From Eledone cirrhosa (lineage: Eukaryota): DNA of 64,000 nucleotides. The stretch lies in assembly GCA_964016885.1 (NCBI GenBank), contig OZ024743.1:351478001-351542000 (forward strand). Reading direction: 5' to 3'. A program made the position numbers and the translations under genes. The notes below the pieces were generated by a model. It ran no database searches. It was given only the letters and a program-made list of their open reading frames with translations, and was not told where the DNA came from. Of the stretch, positions 13,993 through 27,170 are shown in pieces (the stretch's first letter is position 1; each line of letters opens with the position of its first letter).

Positions 13993-16900
13993 CTCTCGGA
14001 GTTCAGATCCCGCCGAGGTCAACTTTGCTTTTACGAGGTCGATAAAAAAAGTACCAGTCTAGTACTGGGGTCGATTCTTCCTCTCTCTGGACGAAATCTG
14101 CTGTATTTAGGTCTGGAGAGGGATGGGCTCCGCCCGGCTTAAAATTCCCCAACAAACCCGTATGTCAATACGGCACCCTTGAAACTCTATCAGGAGTTAC
14201 AGGATCACACCACACACACACCATATACATACAAGCACACATAGCGTATTATTCATTGGTGTGTGTGAGGTTATGGGACGGGTGAGTGTGTGTGTGTGAC
14301 ATGATTTTGTCGAGACTACTGTTACGCTGTTACACATACGTATTACAGGCGTCTTTATATATATGGTCTCACATGAGTGTATGTTCATTCATAATATCAC
14401 AAATATGTATAACCAACTATATTCCTCCCTTAGTGCCGTGCACATTACAACCGAAGTTATAAAATGTTCATATAACAAACACAAAACTAAAATACCAAAT
14501 AAAAATAATTCTAATATGTATCCTTACTCACTTTTATTACCCTACCAATTTTAATAACTACCCTTACGCACTATCACTAACCTACCAATACTTGTCTCTA
14601 TCCTTACATACCATCACGAATCTTCTAGTGATCATCTTTAGACTACCGGTAACTTACCAAATGCAGTTACTGTATTACAGGTCTAACAAATCTAGAGACT
14701 ATCCTTATAAAATGCTTTTCTATCGTTAAAATCCCGAATTCATCGTACAAAATACCTGTTTTAATATTTTTTAGAATCAAAACCTTACCTTACCAGATGT
14801 CTTGATTCCTTTTAAAAGACAGAGGAATGTTAAAAGCCAAATCAAGAAGAGACAGAGAAGTAATGGTAGTCGTACAGCTCCTTGTTGGTCAATAGTTGGT
14901 GATAGGTTCAATACATGACGTCTACAAAGAGAATGTAACAAAATATTGCTTCTACTTTTGGCACAAGGCCAGAAATTACCCAGTACATTACTGGCACTTT
15001 ATTTTATTGACCCCGTAAGGATGAAAGGCAAAGTTAACCTCGGTGGGATTTGAACTCAGATGATAAAGGGACGTAATTATGCTGGAAAGCATGTCCGACT
15101 TTCTACCGATACTGCCAATTCACCACTAATATTATTAGTGAATGATGAGTTGTAATATCTGATTGGATTTGAGAAGAATGTCTACCTGATCGCTGGACAT
15201 AATAAACATAGCAGCCCAATATCTCTCAAATTCACCCTATATCTTTTTAAAAATTCCTTTGGATAATGTAATTAGGATTGCCATGCTTTTTTAAGTCAAA
15301 TTACTCAAAATTGCCTTTTTTGTTCATTCAGTTTGGCTTTAGTGCTTTTCCTTGTCTTTATTTCAGCTACTATCACTATTTTACCAGCCATTTTAGCACA
15401 TAATCCCCCATCCTACACATTTGACCTTACCCATGTCTCTATCCATAATATATGATCTACTCGCAATCTATTATTTACCCACTATTTGACTTACTATTTT
15501 ACCCCGTATTTGATGCACGATCAGTCAGTTGCACACTATATAATCTCTTACACATTATTTTAACCCCCATTTTACTCGCAATTCACTATAACAGGATGAC
15601 TTTAAAAAATGACCTCCTCTCGTACACTTTGTGTCACTGTATATTCATTTTCAAACCGATCAATCTTAAATTTCAGAACATGGCACATACAACATCTGGG
15701 GAGACAATAAGAACCCGATGGGAGCTCCAGTACCGGATTTTCTGTATAAAACACTACTATAAGTGTAACTTATACAAGAAGATACAAGAGTAATTTCATG
15801 CATTTTTTGGAACGAATAAGTCTCCCTTCAAAGCCAATATGCAAAACTTGGTGAAGATGTTTGAGATCATTGGGACAGAGGAAAACCTCAATACAATGCC
15901 TGACAACCATCCTACCCAATCTGGACGAGCCAGGAAGCGTACACAGGAAGTTATTGATATAGTCCAAAAGTCTGTTGAACAGAGCCTAGAATGATCACTG
16001 CGTTGAAGCTAATCCTTGAGTTTTTTTTTCAGAAACACGCGAAAAGGATGTCAAAGAGGATTTTAAGAGGTACCTCTATAAAATACAGGTTAAACGAAGG
16101 CTTGATGTAGCTGATAAGACTAAGATAAAAACTATAGCTGAAAAAATACTGGATAAGATGGCAAACGACCCAAATTTTTTCAACCTGCTTTGGGCATCTG
16201 ATGTCGCCCACTTTCACTTAGAGGGGAAGATCAACTCTAAAAACAATGTGTTCTAGGTTCAGAGAAGCCAACTGAAGTGGCTGTGGATCCTCTCCATTCG
16301 GCTAAATGTACCGTCTGGACTTCCATTTCTGAGAGAAGGTTGATTGACCAATTCTTCTTCGAAGAAAATGGTCTCACTGCTAGTCACAAAGGAACGCTTT
16401 TGGAGGTCCTTGAAGACTTCAAAAAGGAGCTATAGACCATGTAGCCATCTTAAATTAATAATTTCTGGTTCCAGCAAGATAGAGCAAATTCTCACACCTC
16501 CAGTGAGTCGCTAGAAAAAAAATTTGGAAATCGTGTGATCAGTTTGAAGACTAATTATGTGTGGATCCCACTTAGACCTGATTTTAGACCCTACGACCGA
16601 CCTCTTTCTTTGGCGCTATCTGAAAGATAGAGTATGCAAACCAGAACCATCATTGAACTAAAGAAAAACATCAGAGCGGAGATCAGAGCAATCCCTAGGA
16701 CTTTTTATAAAGACATTATGCTAAACTTCACCATACGCCTGGAAAAATGCATGAATTTAAATGGAGATTACTTGAAACATGTGCTGTAACTCTGGACAGA
16801 AATATCGGTGTATTTTTAATGCTTTTAATGATTTGGACTAAATATATTTGGAGTTTCATAATTTTTTTTTCAAAAAATGAATAAGCTAGATTAAATAAAA

Positions 16901-19900
16901 ACTGTGCCAGTTTTCTTTTGATCACCCTGTATTCTCGATTTTTAACATCCGTTTTAACCACAAACAACTTTTATACTCACCGTTTTAATTGATATTTTAT
17001 CCAATTTTACTGCATTCCGCAGTTAAAATTGTTATGTAGATGTTCGTCGGACATATTAACGTATCACCCCATTCCTGAATCCAACTGGAAACACTGCTCA
17101 TAACCTCGTCCTATTTGGCATTTACCTGGAGCTCTGAACAGAATCAGACACCAAACACCTTAACTGGACACTCGGTCCAGCGACAGAGAACAATGTCACT
17201 AACTTGTGGGGATCTGTCCCTTCATGTACCAAATTTCAAGCCCTCTGATTTGTATTGCTTAATGATGGCCATCTTGATTTCCAAAGTGTCTGACACCATG
17301 ATGAAGACGTCGTCTGCGCGTGTCCGCATATGCCGGATAATCACAGGTCGAATGGGACCCTCCTCAACACTTCCAGGAGTCGGTCTAAAGTCAAAACGTG
17401 CATAGCTGGTGATGAAACAAGTGCGTGGAACAAAAGAGGTTTCGAATCGTGGCAATTTACTACTACCACTGAGCAGATATTGCTACACAATTCAACTAGC
17501 CGGCCTCTGAACATTCACGACCGGAACCAACCTGTTTGTGAGCACCTTGTACCAAATCTTTAATTTCACATTCAGCAGAGGTGTAGGCCAGAAATTTCCT
17601 ATAGTGTTTTCTTTTTCATGTTCTTCCTCATATGACTGGGAATTCTTTCAGTCTGTTGCTATTAAAACATGCCTCTGTTGTGAATAAACTTTTGCACAAC
17701 TCCACCTCTTCTGCTGATATTTGTGGTAGACTATTAATGTAGATATCCATATACACTATCGTTAGTCCCTGTTTATTCTGGAACACTTCACCAGCGTGTT
17801 GTTTAGAATCGGATATCACACGCCTTCTACTTTTTGTAAAAAACTGTAACGTGGCTCAGTTGCCATGACGTTTTTATGCCCCTCATGACTATCGAACAGC
17901 TTTAGTACTCTGGTGATTTAACGCAGACACTTATTATCTTTATCCATTGTTCTAACAAACTACTTATCTAAATACGATCTGGGCGACTCGTTTGCAATTT
18001 TCCCTAGTCCATATTTACCAAACTGGATAATCTAAACGGCATCTATCAGGCTGATGGAAATGTCTAAGCAAATTTAAGAGGCACTTTCTTCCGTCCCCTA
18101 AGCGCCCCTAAGTGCCAGCCCCTTCCTGTTCCAACATGCGTCTAAGATACCATTCCAGTTGCTCATGAATGCCAATGAGCAAAATGCACCTAGAAAGACT
18201 TCCAGAAATCCGATCATCCAGTCTGCATTGGGGGCATAGATGGCCACCAAAATCAGAACAATGCCACTTAAGTCTAGGACCACTCACCTGCTTATCAGGG
18301 TCCTGAAAGACGTTCATTACCTCGAAACCTATGTCGTCCTAAATAATTGTTTCTACTTTATTTTTGGCGTGCAATTTTGGTGGAGAGTAAAGTCGATTAA
18401 ATCGACTCCAGTGTATTACTGGTACTTTATTATATCGACCCCGTTAGGATGAAAGGCAAAGCTAACCTCGATGGATTTAAAATCAGAGCGTAAAGGGCCA
18501 TAATTCTATGCTACAAAGCATGATGTCTGACGCTAATCTACCGCCCTATATCGTCGCAAATAATACAGCCACTTCATATGACCCAGGTGAAGAACTCGTT
18601 TTTGGCTAGAAATAGGAATGACTGGAAATTCTAACCTCGCTAATGGTTACTACATTTATATTGAGTGAGCTAATGCCGTTCATCCGATGGCGCTACTCAC
18701 AGACACCCTAAAACCTACGAACATACAAATCTTAACTACTGCGATTGTTGCAATTGAAATAGAAAGATAATAAAATAATCAACTTACTCCCAGTATTCTT
18801 CGGTGGATGATTTCAATGGCGAAGATGGTGAAGAAACATTAAAAGTCGTTGAGTTTAACATGAAGTTCAATGTGGAATTAATTTGAGAATTTTTTATCAA
18901 TGAAGTTGATTCATAGCAGAGGTTTGTATTCCATGTGTTGTTACAACTGTTCCATGCTAATGTGGGATACATGGAACTGTATAGGTAGTACAATACCCAG
19001 GCTATGATCACATTGTAGTAGATACCAACAAGGGCGCATATAATAATCATTGCAGTACCAACACCTACAAAAATAAAAACATGGAAATAACATTGATTCA
19101 CTGTCAGATCTTACATTGAAATTGTCAGTCAAGTCAACGGCAATTAACAAGTTACCTTCTGCGTGATGTTTCAATCTGTTTAAAATAGCAGCCAAAATGT
19201 TTTTAAATCCTACCTCACCATGTTGATAAAAACGCATTGGTCACTGCACAATGTCTAATAAAAGCATGAAATGGTCACAGCTGCAAGGTCTTCTTCATTA
19301 CAGCTAATCAGAGGCTAATCGATAACAAAAGGTTACTCGGTTGTTCTGCTAGACATTCTAACCAATTCTTCTTCGAATTTCAGCCTTAGGTCTTTAAAAA
19401 AGGATACATTTGGTGGTGTAGTTCACTGCCTTAACAAAAAGATGACATGGTAACAGCTGGAATATATTTGATACATAAGGGTTGATCGTGGTCTAAACAA
19501 GAAAATCAACAACAATTATTAGCAAAATATTGCAATTTTTAGTATATTTTACCTTTAAACAGGGGGCACATAACCCATACTTTTCCTGGTCCCAAATTGG
19601 CAAACTGGGCAACAGAATTTTCAATGAATAATGTAGGAATAGCAGCAAATATAATAAATATCAAAAATGGAATGAGAAAGGCGCCTGTTTGGAGAAAATA
19701 ATCAGAGTGAAAGAGATGAATAATTATGTACGGTTATGAAATAACATTTAAAATGATTATGAAGTATGTGGATGTGGTTATTTAGTGATGGGTTAATATT
19801 TTGTGAGTTAAGTGTAAAGAGTAAAGGAGAAATTCAGAGAGTGTAGAGAATATAAAGTGAGTGAAGTGCATAGAATGAATAGAGATATAGAATGGAGAAT

Positions 19901-20714
19901 AAGAGAAACACGAAAATATAAATATAATCTATGATGCATTGTTCGTTGTTCTTGCGAAGGTACCCATTGGAACAATCATCTCGGTGATGAGTGATCGTTT
20001 CCACAACATCTTCATGCAGCCCAACATTTCAACACACCTTATTACTCCATTAACTACCCTAGAATTTTAGCACACCGTGCGCTGCCATATTCCAGAGAAC
20101 ACAAAGAACAACTCCTCGCCTTTGCCTTCGGGAAACCTTCTCCCATAGGTTTGAATTAACCTTTTTCCTTCTCCTCTTTCTAATCACGCTTCTTTAAAGC
20201 TGACTGATATGTGTTGGTTATGAAGAATGATTCACTAATAATTCGTTTACTTTTGTTCAGTTTTATTTAAAATTTTATTTTGCTCTAAAGCAATTGTGGA
20301 GTTACAGTATATAACAATCGGAGTATGGCTACTGTGACTAAATAGAGTCAAGGGAAAGTTAGAATAACTCGTATTCTTCTAGACAGCCTGGAGGTAAATC
20401 AGATTATGTGTAGTAGTTAAAACGTCTATGTGACACTAATAAGGTCTCGAGAATTTTGGTGTACCAGAATTTTTGTGTACTATCAAGGTCTGTTCAGTCA
20501 AGATTGACATAGGGGATTAACAATAGCATCAACAACAATTGATCCATGTGTACCTTATTAAACTAGAATAAATAAAGATGTTTTACTTACCACCTCCATT
20601 CATGTAGCAAATGTATGGGAAACGCCATATATTTGACATACCAACAACTAAGCCGACAATAGAGAAAAAAAACTCCGACCATTTCGCCCAGGTTTCTCTT
20701 TGTGTTTTCGCCAT
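6337..20714 (-). CDS. SLC6/NSS-family Na+/Cl- dependent neurotransmitter/amino-acid transporter; 9 coding exons in window (TM1-TM9), 3' exons not found in window
   Basis: Manually spliced exons 20714-20591, 19684-19553, 19064-18788, 14921-14789, 9520-9386, 8621-8518, 8070-7946, 7463-7351 and 6468-6337 join in frame (1275 nt). They give SLC6 motifs [72 protein letters not shown] and GLDSQF. Confidence 0.95.
7351..7463 (-). CDS. SLC6 coding exon 8 (EL4-TM8), GC donor
   Basis: [38 protein letters not shown]; 113 nt followed by CAG|GCAAGT. Confidence 0.93.
7946..8070 (-). CDS. SLC6 coding exon 7 (TM7)
   Basis: [42 protein letters not shown]; 125 nt. Confidence 0.93.
8518..8621 (-). CDS. SLC6 coding exon 6 (TM6), GC donor
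   Basis: [35 protein letters not shown]; 104 nt followed by AG|GCAAGC. Confidence 0.92.
9164..9311. mobile_element. Short MITE
   Basis: Terminal inverted repeats CAGACCTGTCAAC / GTTGGCAGGTCTG, with CAATCC duplicated on both flanks. Confidence 0.65.
9386..9520 (-). CDS. SLC6 coding exon 5 (TM5)
   Basis: [45 protein letters not shown]; 135 nt, AG/GT. Confidence 0.94.
10100..10278 (+). mobile_element. tRNA-derived SINE (family A)
   Basis: GGATTGGCAGTATCGGTAGA head, GGGGTCGATAAAATAAAGTACC core, GCTGGCCTTGTGCCAAAAGTAGAAAC tail. Confidence 0.88.
11430..11498 (-). ncRNA. Type I hammerhead ribozyme
   Basis: Inverted copy of the motif at 13832-13900. Confidence 0.8.
13832..13900 (+). ncRNA. Type I hammerhead ribozyme
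   Basis: TTTTAT-CTGACGA-[long stem II GCAAATGTCATC/GATGATATTTGT]-GAAA-TGCGCATA-ATAAAA; palindromic stem III, AUA site. Confidence 0.8.
14789..14921 (-). CDS. SLC6 coding exon 4 (TM4)
   Basis: [44 protein letters not shown]; the second of two tandem GTAAG donors keeps frame. Confidence 0.92.
14945..15125 (-). mobile_element. tRNA-derived SINE (family A)
   Basis: Reverse complement of the SINE at 34867; lies next to the exon 4 acceptor. Confidence 0.88.
15590..16931 (+). mobile_element. Degenerate Tc1/mariner-superfamily DNA transposon
   Basis: Broken frames give DDE-domain motifs ([29 protein letters not shown]); right end TTTTGATCACCCTGTA is TIR-like. Confidence 0.75.
17040..18330 (-). mobile_element. 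Degenerate Tx1/L1-clade LINE ORF2 fragment
   Basis: VAIYAPN (APE domain), then decayed RT segments down to a xDDxT motif; related to ORF 30882..33035. Confidence 0.7.
18350..18545 (-). mobile_element. Diverged SINE (family A-related)
   Basis: GGTACTTTATTATATCGACCCCGTTAGGATGAAAGGCAAAG core on the reverse strand. Confidence 0.8.
18788..19064 (-). CDS. SLC6 coding exon 3 (TM3, EL2)
   Basis: [32 protein letters not shown]...[10 protein letters not shown]...STEEYWE; matches ORF 18784..19101. Confidence 0.95.
19553..19684 (-). CDS. SLC6 coding exon 2 (TM2)
   Basis: [45 protein letters not shown]; AG/GT bounded, 132 nt. Confidence 0.93.
20591..20714 (-). CDS. SLC6 coding exon 1 (TM1)
   Basis: [41 protein letters not shown]; GTAAGT donor. 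AG acceptor at 20748-20747 with open frame up to the ATG, so the true start could lie in an upstream exon. Confidence 0.92.
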
Positions 20715-20790
20715 AATGATAATGAAGACGATAATGAAGACGATATCTGTAAAAGTAACTATTACACAAGAGATAATTACTGTAAAGTAA

Positions 20791-20970
20791 GGATGTGTGG
20801 ATTAGTGGTTTGAGCGTTGTGTTCACAATCGTGAGGTTGTGAATTCGATTCCAGATTAATTATGTTCCTGAGCAAGACACTTTATTTCACGTTGCTTCAG
20901 TTTACTCAGATATAGAAATGAGTTGTGATGTCACTTGATGCCAAGCTGTATCGGCCTTTGCCTTTCCCTT
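20791..20970 (+). mobile_element. tRNA-derived SINE with CORE-like domain (family B)
   Basis: A-box-like GTGGATTAGTGG, B-box-like AATTCGATTCC, then TGTTCCTGAGCAAGACACTT resembling the CORE motif. Confidence 0.6.
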
Positions 20971-20989
20971 CTCTTATATATCCGCAAAT

Positions 20990-21800
20990 ATCAGATAAGG
21001 CTCTGTTATTCTCTGACAAAACAAAAACAAAAATCATATGCCAGGTAAACAGAAGTACCTACGACAAATTGCTCATAAATAACATTACCAGTAGTTACAA
21101 GAAAGCCAAACCAAATGCATGCTAAATTATCAACAAAGAGGCGAAAGAAATAGCATCCAAGTTACATTTAAATGATAGAATAGAGACTAACTAAACGAAA
21201 TGCATTTCTTACCCTTAAATGCAACTTCGCCTTCAACCCTAAATGTAGATTAATAAACCCGGTCAAAATAGAAAAAGGCATAATTACCTAAGTTATTATA
21301 AAGTGAATCAATACCAACTTTAGGAAAGCCACTCACTTATCGCAATCGACGAACAGCGAAAAAGTAATTAAATGGTTCAACAACACCTGTCACAAGAATT
21401 GCGCAAGTTTCATACAATGGGATATAGTAGACTTCTACCCTTCGACTTCTAAAGACCTAATAAATAAAGCACTAGACTTCGCCGGCACCATCTGTCCTAT
21501 TAACATCGAGGACTGCAAAATCTTGCACGCCAAAAGTACGCTGCTCTTCAGCAAGGACAATGGGTAAAAAAGACTGACCCAAGTGGACCCTTCGACATGA
21601 GCTTGAGCTTGTTTAACGGAGCGGGCGTGTCCGGATTTGGTCGGCCTACATATATCAAACACCAAAGACGACCTATATCCATCTGTGCGTCTTGGGTTAT
21701 ACAGAGATGATGCCCTGACAATAGCTAGCAACAAACTTCGGACAGACAGGCCGCCATCTGGCGGACCGATTCGCCGAACACCTAAAGGACATACGACTAA
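20990..21800 (+). mobile_element. Degenerate Penelope-like RT fragment
   Basis: SDKT...YDKLLINNITSSYKK...NPKCRLINP...IKWFN...FIQWDIVDFYPS...GLYRDD, with frameshifts; homologous to ORF 50696..51886. Confidence 0.85.
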
Positions 21801-23899
21801 GTAAAGACACTCCTATCACTCCTCACTTCCATTCCCCCAGCGACTCTACGCACAGCTCACTGCCTCAAGCCTCCTTTTATACCACGGAGCCACTTGCACA
21901 AGGACCGAGCAGAACTTAATTTTTTCCGCCTTGGAACCACTTTTCCGAATGGACTTAATTCCCTACCACATTTCCTATTACCACCCTTTATCCTTGCTCT
22001 CACTCACAAACTCGCACATATACACACACAACTTTAGTCACCACACGAAACACATCCACATTTACAACATCCGTATATTCCACTCAATACACATCTACTT
22101 CTACACACTCATAACCATCAATCCTACACTTTCTGATGCACGCACACGTGTGTGCACATGCCCGTACACACCACCGACACACATTTCTGTGCTTACGTCC
22201 ATCTGTGCTTGTTTCTCTTGCGTGCTTCTCTGTGTTCCCGTGGCACTCAGTGCCATGGCTGTGGCGTCGTCAGTGTTGAATGTTTCCTAACATTTACTCC
22301 GTCTCCACCACATCCCAGCTCTCTCCAATTTCACACGCGTAATGACATCATACCTTGTAGCGTAATTTCATATATATATTGTTGTGTGTGTGTGTGCGTG
22401 CGTGCGTGCGTGTACGTGTGTGTGTGTGCGTGTTAGGTGAGTAACAACAGTTACAGGCGGTGCGCCGTCGAAGCACTCAATAGTGTTACAGGCCCCATCA
22501 CCTTGATTGTACCCTGAGCTGATCGATATCGAAACAATTGTAATTTGCAAATAAAGTTTGTATATATGCTGCAACACTGACTTCGAATCTTTTAAATCTG
22601 TCTCAGTGTGTGCGTTTGTGTGTGTGCGCGCACGCGCGTGCGTGAGTGTCTGTGTGTGTGCTTATGTTATCTCTTCTCCCTCCCCCATTTATTGAATGGC
22701 TTACATATTTTTGAACACCATATCTTATTTTCTTCTTCTTGCTTTTTTCTTCCTTCTTTCTTTTTTCTTTTTCATTCACGACTCTCGTGCTATAAGAGGC
22801 ACCACATTTTTTCCTTGACGTCACATAAAATTCTTTGTGTAATTTTTGTAACTTAAGGCTTTGTCTTTCGTCTCTTACTCCATTAGAAAGCGTTTGGCTT
22901 GTTTTAGAAGTTGTGACCCCAGGTGGGCCAGTAGTACCGTTGGTAGGGGGTAGAAACTGCCAACGTCCACCTCGACAGTCGATCACACTGGAGTTCTGAG
23001 TCCTTCATTTGCATTTTTTTATTTAATAATTCTTTAAGGTATCCCCTTAAAAATTGTTTTTCGTTCGTTATATTGTCCTCTCTGTTATTTTTCCTTCTAT
23101 CTTTTGGACGATATCGTTTCTGTGCAACATAACTTCACAAATGCAGATATTACATCCCCAATGTTCAGAAAATTACGCAGTGTCAGCAGATATTTACGTA
23201 ATCGTGCTATTACGCGTCTTCAGCCGGTGGCCCAAGTCTAGGCAGTTGATGTTAGCCTTTACTACTGGTTAAGGTATCCAGCAGTTCACGGCATTCTCAC
23301 ACTGCCTCTAATGATAAGAAGAATAATTCATCGTAGACTAAAACACGTGGTTTGATGATTGAATTCATACAAAGGAATTCGTGCCAAACAAAGAACTCTA
23401 CCAGCTTCTCGTATATCCGCAAACGAGGTTTATGCATATATACATATATACAAGCAAATAATAGCTGATTTGTAATACATGTCCTTTTGACCAATCGGAC
23501 ATAAGATATCCTTTTGACCAATCAGACATAAGATCAAACGACGCTCCCTCAGCTTCTTTATAGACACACGCTCTCACACACAGCACCCTATATAGCAAAC
23601 ATTACCATCAATCTTCACCTCCAATAAGATATTACTTTTCAAAATACCCCAATCTTAATTACCAATTTATTATCATTATCTTTTTATTCTATATGTTTCT
23701 GTTTCATCTATTTAATTCATCTCACCCCACTGTATTTGAATGTCGCCATTATCCCTTCATCTCATCCTATCCCATTGTATTACACTGTCAAGTTACCTTA
23801 AATATCTCCCTTATCATATCTCTTCGTACTACTTCTCTATCTCAGTATCCCTCTCATCACTGTGAATGTGCCTACCCTGAGCGTGTGCCTGTAGCATCG

Positions 23900-24165
23900 T
23901 AGGAGGAAAACTGGAAGAGGGCACTTACCCTAGCGGTCAAGGTAACCGTGGCTTTGTTTGTGGGCTTTCTCCACGAGCGACCCTCGGAAGTCTACCCCCT
24001 ATTGGGGAATTTTTCATTGTTTCTTTTTTTTGTTACATCTGTTTTTGTTTTGTTTTTACACGCAGAAATGCCCATTTGTACCGTCCTGTATTGTCCTGTG
24101 CTGTCCTTAATGTTATACTTTGTGTCAACCACAAAGTATAACATAAAGAAATCATTATTATTATC
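23900..24165 (+). mobile_element. Tx1-like LINE 3' UTR fragment
   Basis: Near copy of 34590-34830, ending AAAGAAATCATTATTATTA. Confidence 0.8.
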
Positions 24166-24226
24166 AGAAACAAAATGGCGTAGGACAGAAGAAAGGAAAG
24201 GCACAGAAACAAAGAAAGGAATCCCC

Positions 24227-24271
24227 AGTCACTGAAGAGGTCACAGAGTGTGTGACGAAAGGACTATGACT
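24227..24271 (+). ncRNA. Minimal type I hammerhead ribozyme
   Basis: AGTCA-CTGAAGA-G-GTCAC(AGAGTGT)GTGAC-GAAA-GGACTA-TGACT. Confidence 0.7.
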
Positions 24272-25912
24272 ATATATAAACAACTATCTGGTTTTGGAAC
24301 CAACCAACCAACCAGAAATTTATAAGTTTGTAGATTTGTAAATTTATAAATTTATAAATATATAATAAATTGAAGTGAAAGCAACTGGTGCGTGTGTTTC
24401 TTATTGGCAACATGACCCTCCCAAAGTATAACAATATCGGTTTCAACACACGATTTCAGATAAAGAATCTTGCTAAACAAATTCAGAAACGAAATTATTA
24501 TTATCATTTTTATTATTATTATTTATTATTATTTTGTTGTTATTATTATGAGACGGCTGTAACTACGGCGCAGTAAGTTAGTTGGATTTTTATGAGTTAC
24601 CGAAAGTTCTATATACTATTTTTTACATCGGTGTGTAGTTAAAGAACCCCTCTTTCAAAGGAGGTGTTTTTTTTAACTGTATCTCGCGCCCTTGATGGCT
24701 GAATTTGTATTTATTTACTCGCCAAATTTTTTTTTTTTTTTAAACATGGCGGACAAAAGAAATTGTCCACAGGGAGGAACAGCGGGTTGTTCGGAGGGGG
24801 TAACAGCCGATTGAATCCCATCACGAGGCAAAGTAAAAAACAAGAGAAACAGCAACAGCAGCGACAGTGACAATGGTGGTGACAGCAGCAGGAGCCACTG
24901 GAACAGTATCAGCAGTAGTGCAAATTACAACAAAAATCTTCCCTACCTTAGAAAAATCAAACACCACCACCACCCCAATAACAACAATAACAACAGCAAC
25001 AGCCATAAAGAACCCAAGAAGCAACAACTATAACAGCAACAACACAGAGGGGGAAAAAACACAACGACGACAACAACACCAAAGACAAAACTAACGATGT
25101 CAACACAAATCAAAACAAACACATCTTTCGCTAAATGTTCTCAAACCATTTCGACCAAACGTCCCCTTTTGCCCCTCAAAATCACAAAACGCCCCCCTAC
25201 CCTATTTTTCCATTTTTCAATATACTACTGATTTTAATATCAGTAGATTACTGGGCCGAATCAAGTTATCTTAGAATCTTTAAAAAGATCTTTAAAAAAT
25301 ACTCGTACGAATTAAATACAAAAAAGTTTCAGTCCAAAACAAAAGTAAGCTATTTCAAATTATATATTTTTAAAAAATAGAACTGAATGTTCTCAAAGAT
25401 TTGATCTCAGTCGAAAAAGCTTCTTTTTTTTTAAATTCTATATTTCACTGTTAGCTGTTGTAATATTTTGAGTGAATAGACAATTCTACAATTCAAACTG
25501 TAAAGTCAAAATACAAAAGATGCAAAATATGAAGAATGTCTTACCTTTCTCTTGAATCACAAACACAAGGGAAAAATAGTAACTTGCAAAATAAAGTGCT
25601 TCAATCACAAACTTAGTTGCAACGAATGAATTGAGATGTTTGGTAAGTGAGAAAAAAATATTACACACACATACGCATGCGCGCACACTACCACACACAC
25701 ACCCCCACACACATACGCGCGCAGGGCACACTAACACACACACACAGACTTGTGCGTGTATATATGGAGACAAAATTCTTTCTGTACCAAAAACAAGGCA
25801 CACACACAAACTTGTGTGTGTGTGCCTTGTTTTTGGTACAGAAAGAATTTGACTCCAGTTTTTATTGCCGGCTCAAAGGCCACTGCTCTTTTCAACAACG
25901 TCAAATAACAAC

Positions 25913-26022
<110 letters not shown>

Positions 26023-26023
26023 A

Positions 26024-26077
<54 letters not shown>

Positions 26078-26149
26078 AGAGAGTAAGAAATGTGTGTGTT
26101 TGGTACACGTCTATCTATCTATCTATGTGCCCAGGGGTGACCGACCTGT

Positions 26150-26610
26150 GGAATTATGTCGAACAGCTACTGTCACGTGTAAGACGCATCCGCCGAGTCC
26201 ATCGTGAGGATCGCCCCACCGCTTTCATTTAAGAATGAAGGAGTGGCGGTCTTCCTCTATCTGGTGGCTATGGCGAAAGAGGTAATATGGTGGATGAAGT
26301 TAAAAGGACTGAGGGCAAGCACCTTTCTCTTGGGACAACAACTCATCCCCTTCTTTAAGTACCACTTCAGAAAGAAGGTGAGAGTGGAGAGAGAGAGGTG
26401 CTACACCCCAGTAAATTCGCTGAAAGGTGGGTGAATGTGGCGAAAATGGCCCGGGTGAATGGGCCATCTCTGTATATAAACCTGTAGGTTGAGGAAGATA
26501 AACAGAGGGAAGACGGGAACACCTACAAAACGTGTTCCTAGTGTTGAGGGTTGTCCTCTCCACGGGGTGTAAAACAACCCCGCAGTAGCGTTACCCCCAC
26601 CTAATGGGGA
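26150..26610 (+). mobile_element. Tx1-like LINE ORF2 C-terminal/3' fragment
   Basis: SIVRIAPP...LVAMAKEVIWW..LKGL...FFKYHF.KKVRVER, homologous to ORF 33674..34003. Confidence 0.8.
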
Positions 26611-27170
26611 TTAGGGGGGGGGGGGGGGTAACGCTACTCACTTGAAACCGGATTCTCACTTGAACATTTTTTAATTTCTAATTGTTAATTTTTTAATTGT
26701 TTAATTTATAATTTCTGATTTTTTATTTAGGATTTTAATTTTTACTTTCAACTCTCACTCATAACTTCCAATGTAAAACCATGATACCTAGAATTAAGTA
26801 TATTTTCTCTTGGGAGTTGATGGTCAGTCGTACTGTCCATGCTTGGTGAGAGGTAGTATTGTGACCTGTAAAAACTAACACTCTCCCATCCCCTCTGGCT
26901 TTCGGCTGACTGCCACAGACGGGACGGGTAGCAGTAAACTATGGTACAGGCCTAAATGGGTTATTGTTTGGCTGAGAGGGTGAACTGACTAAGCGAATTT
27001 CGTTGAAATCTGCGGTAGCTAATGGTCAACTTCCTTCGGACATGCGCCTGCGCAGACCGGTGGGGGTGAATTGATACTCACAGGGGAACGGATGAAGAAC
27101 CCAAAAGCACACACTTCGTCCGTTCCCATGTCGATTCAACTTGGATGGCCTCGGAAACATAACCTTATTA

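Noticed and set aside
24745-25100. Possible gene start (ATGGCGGAC... plus Thr-rich ORF)
   Set aside because: Early stop and low complexity; more likely a decayed retrotransposon ORF1 5' end, not supportable.
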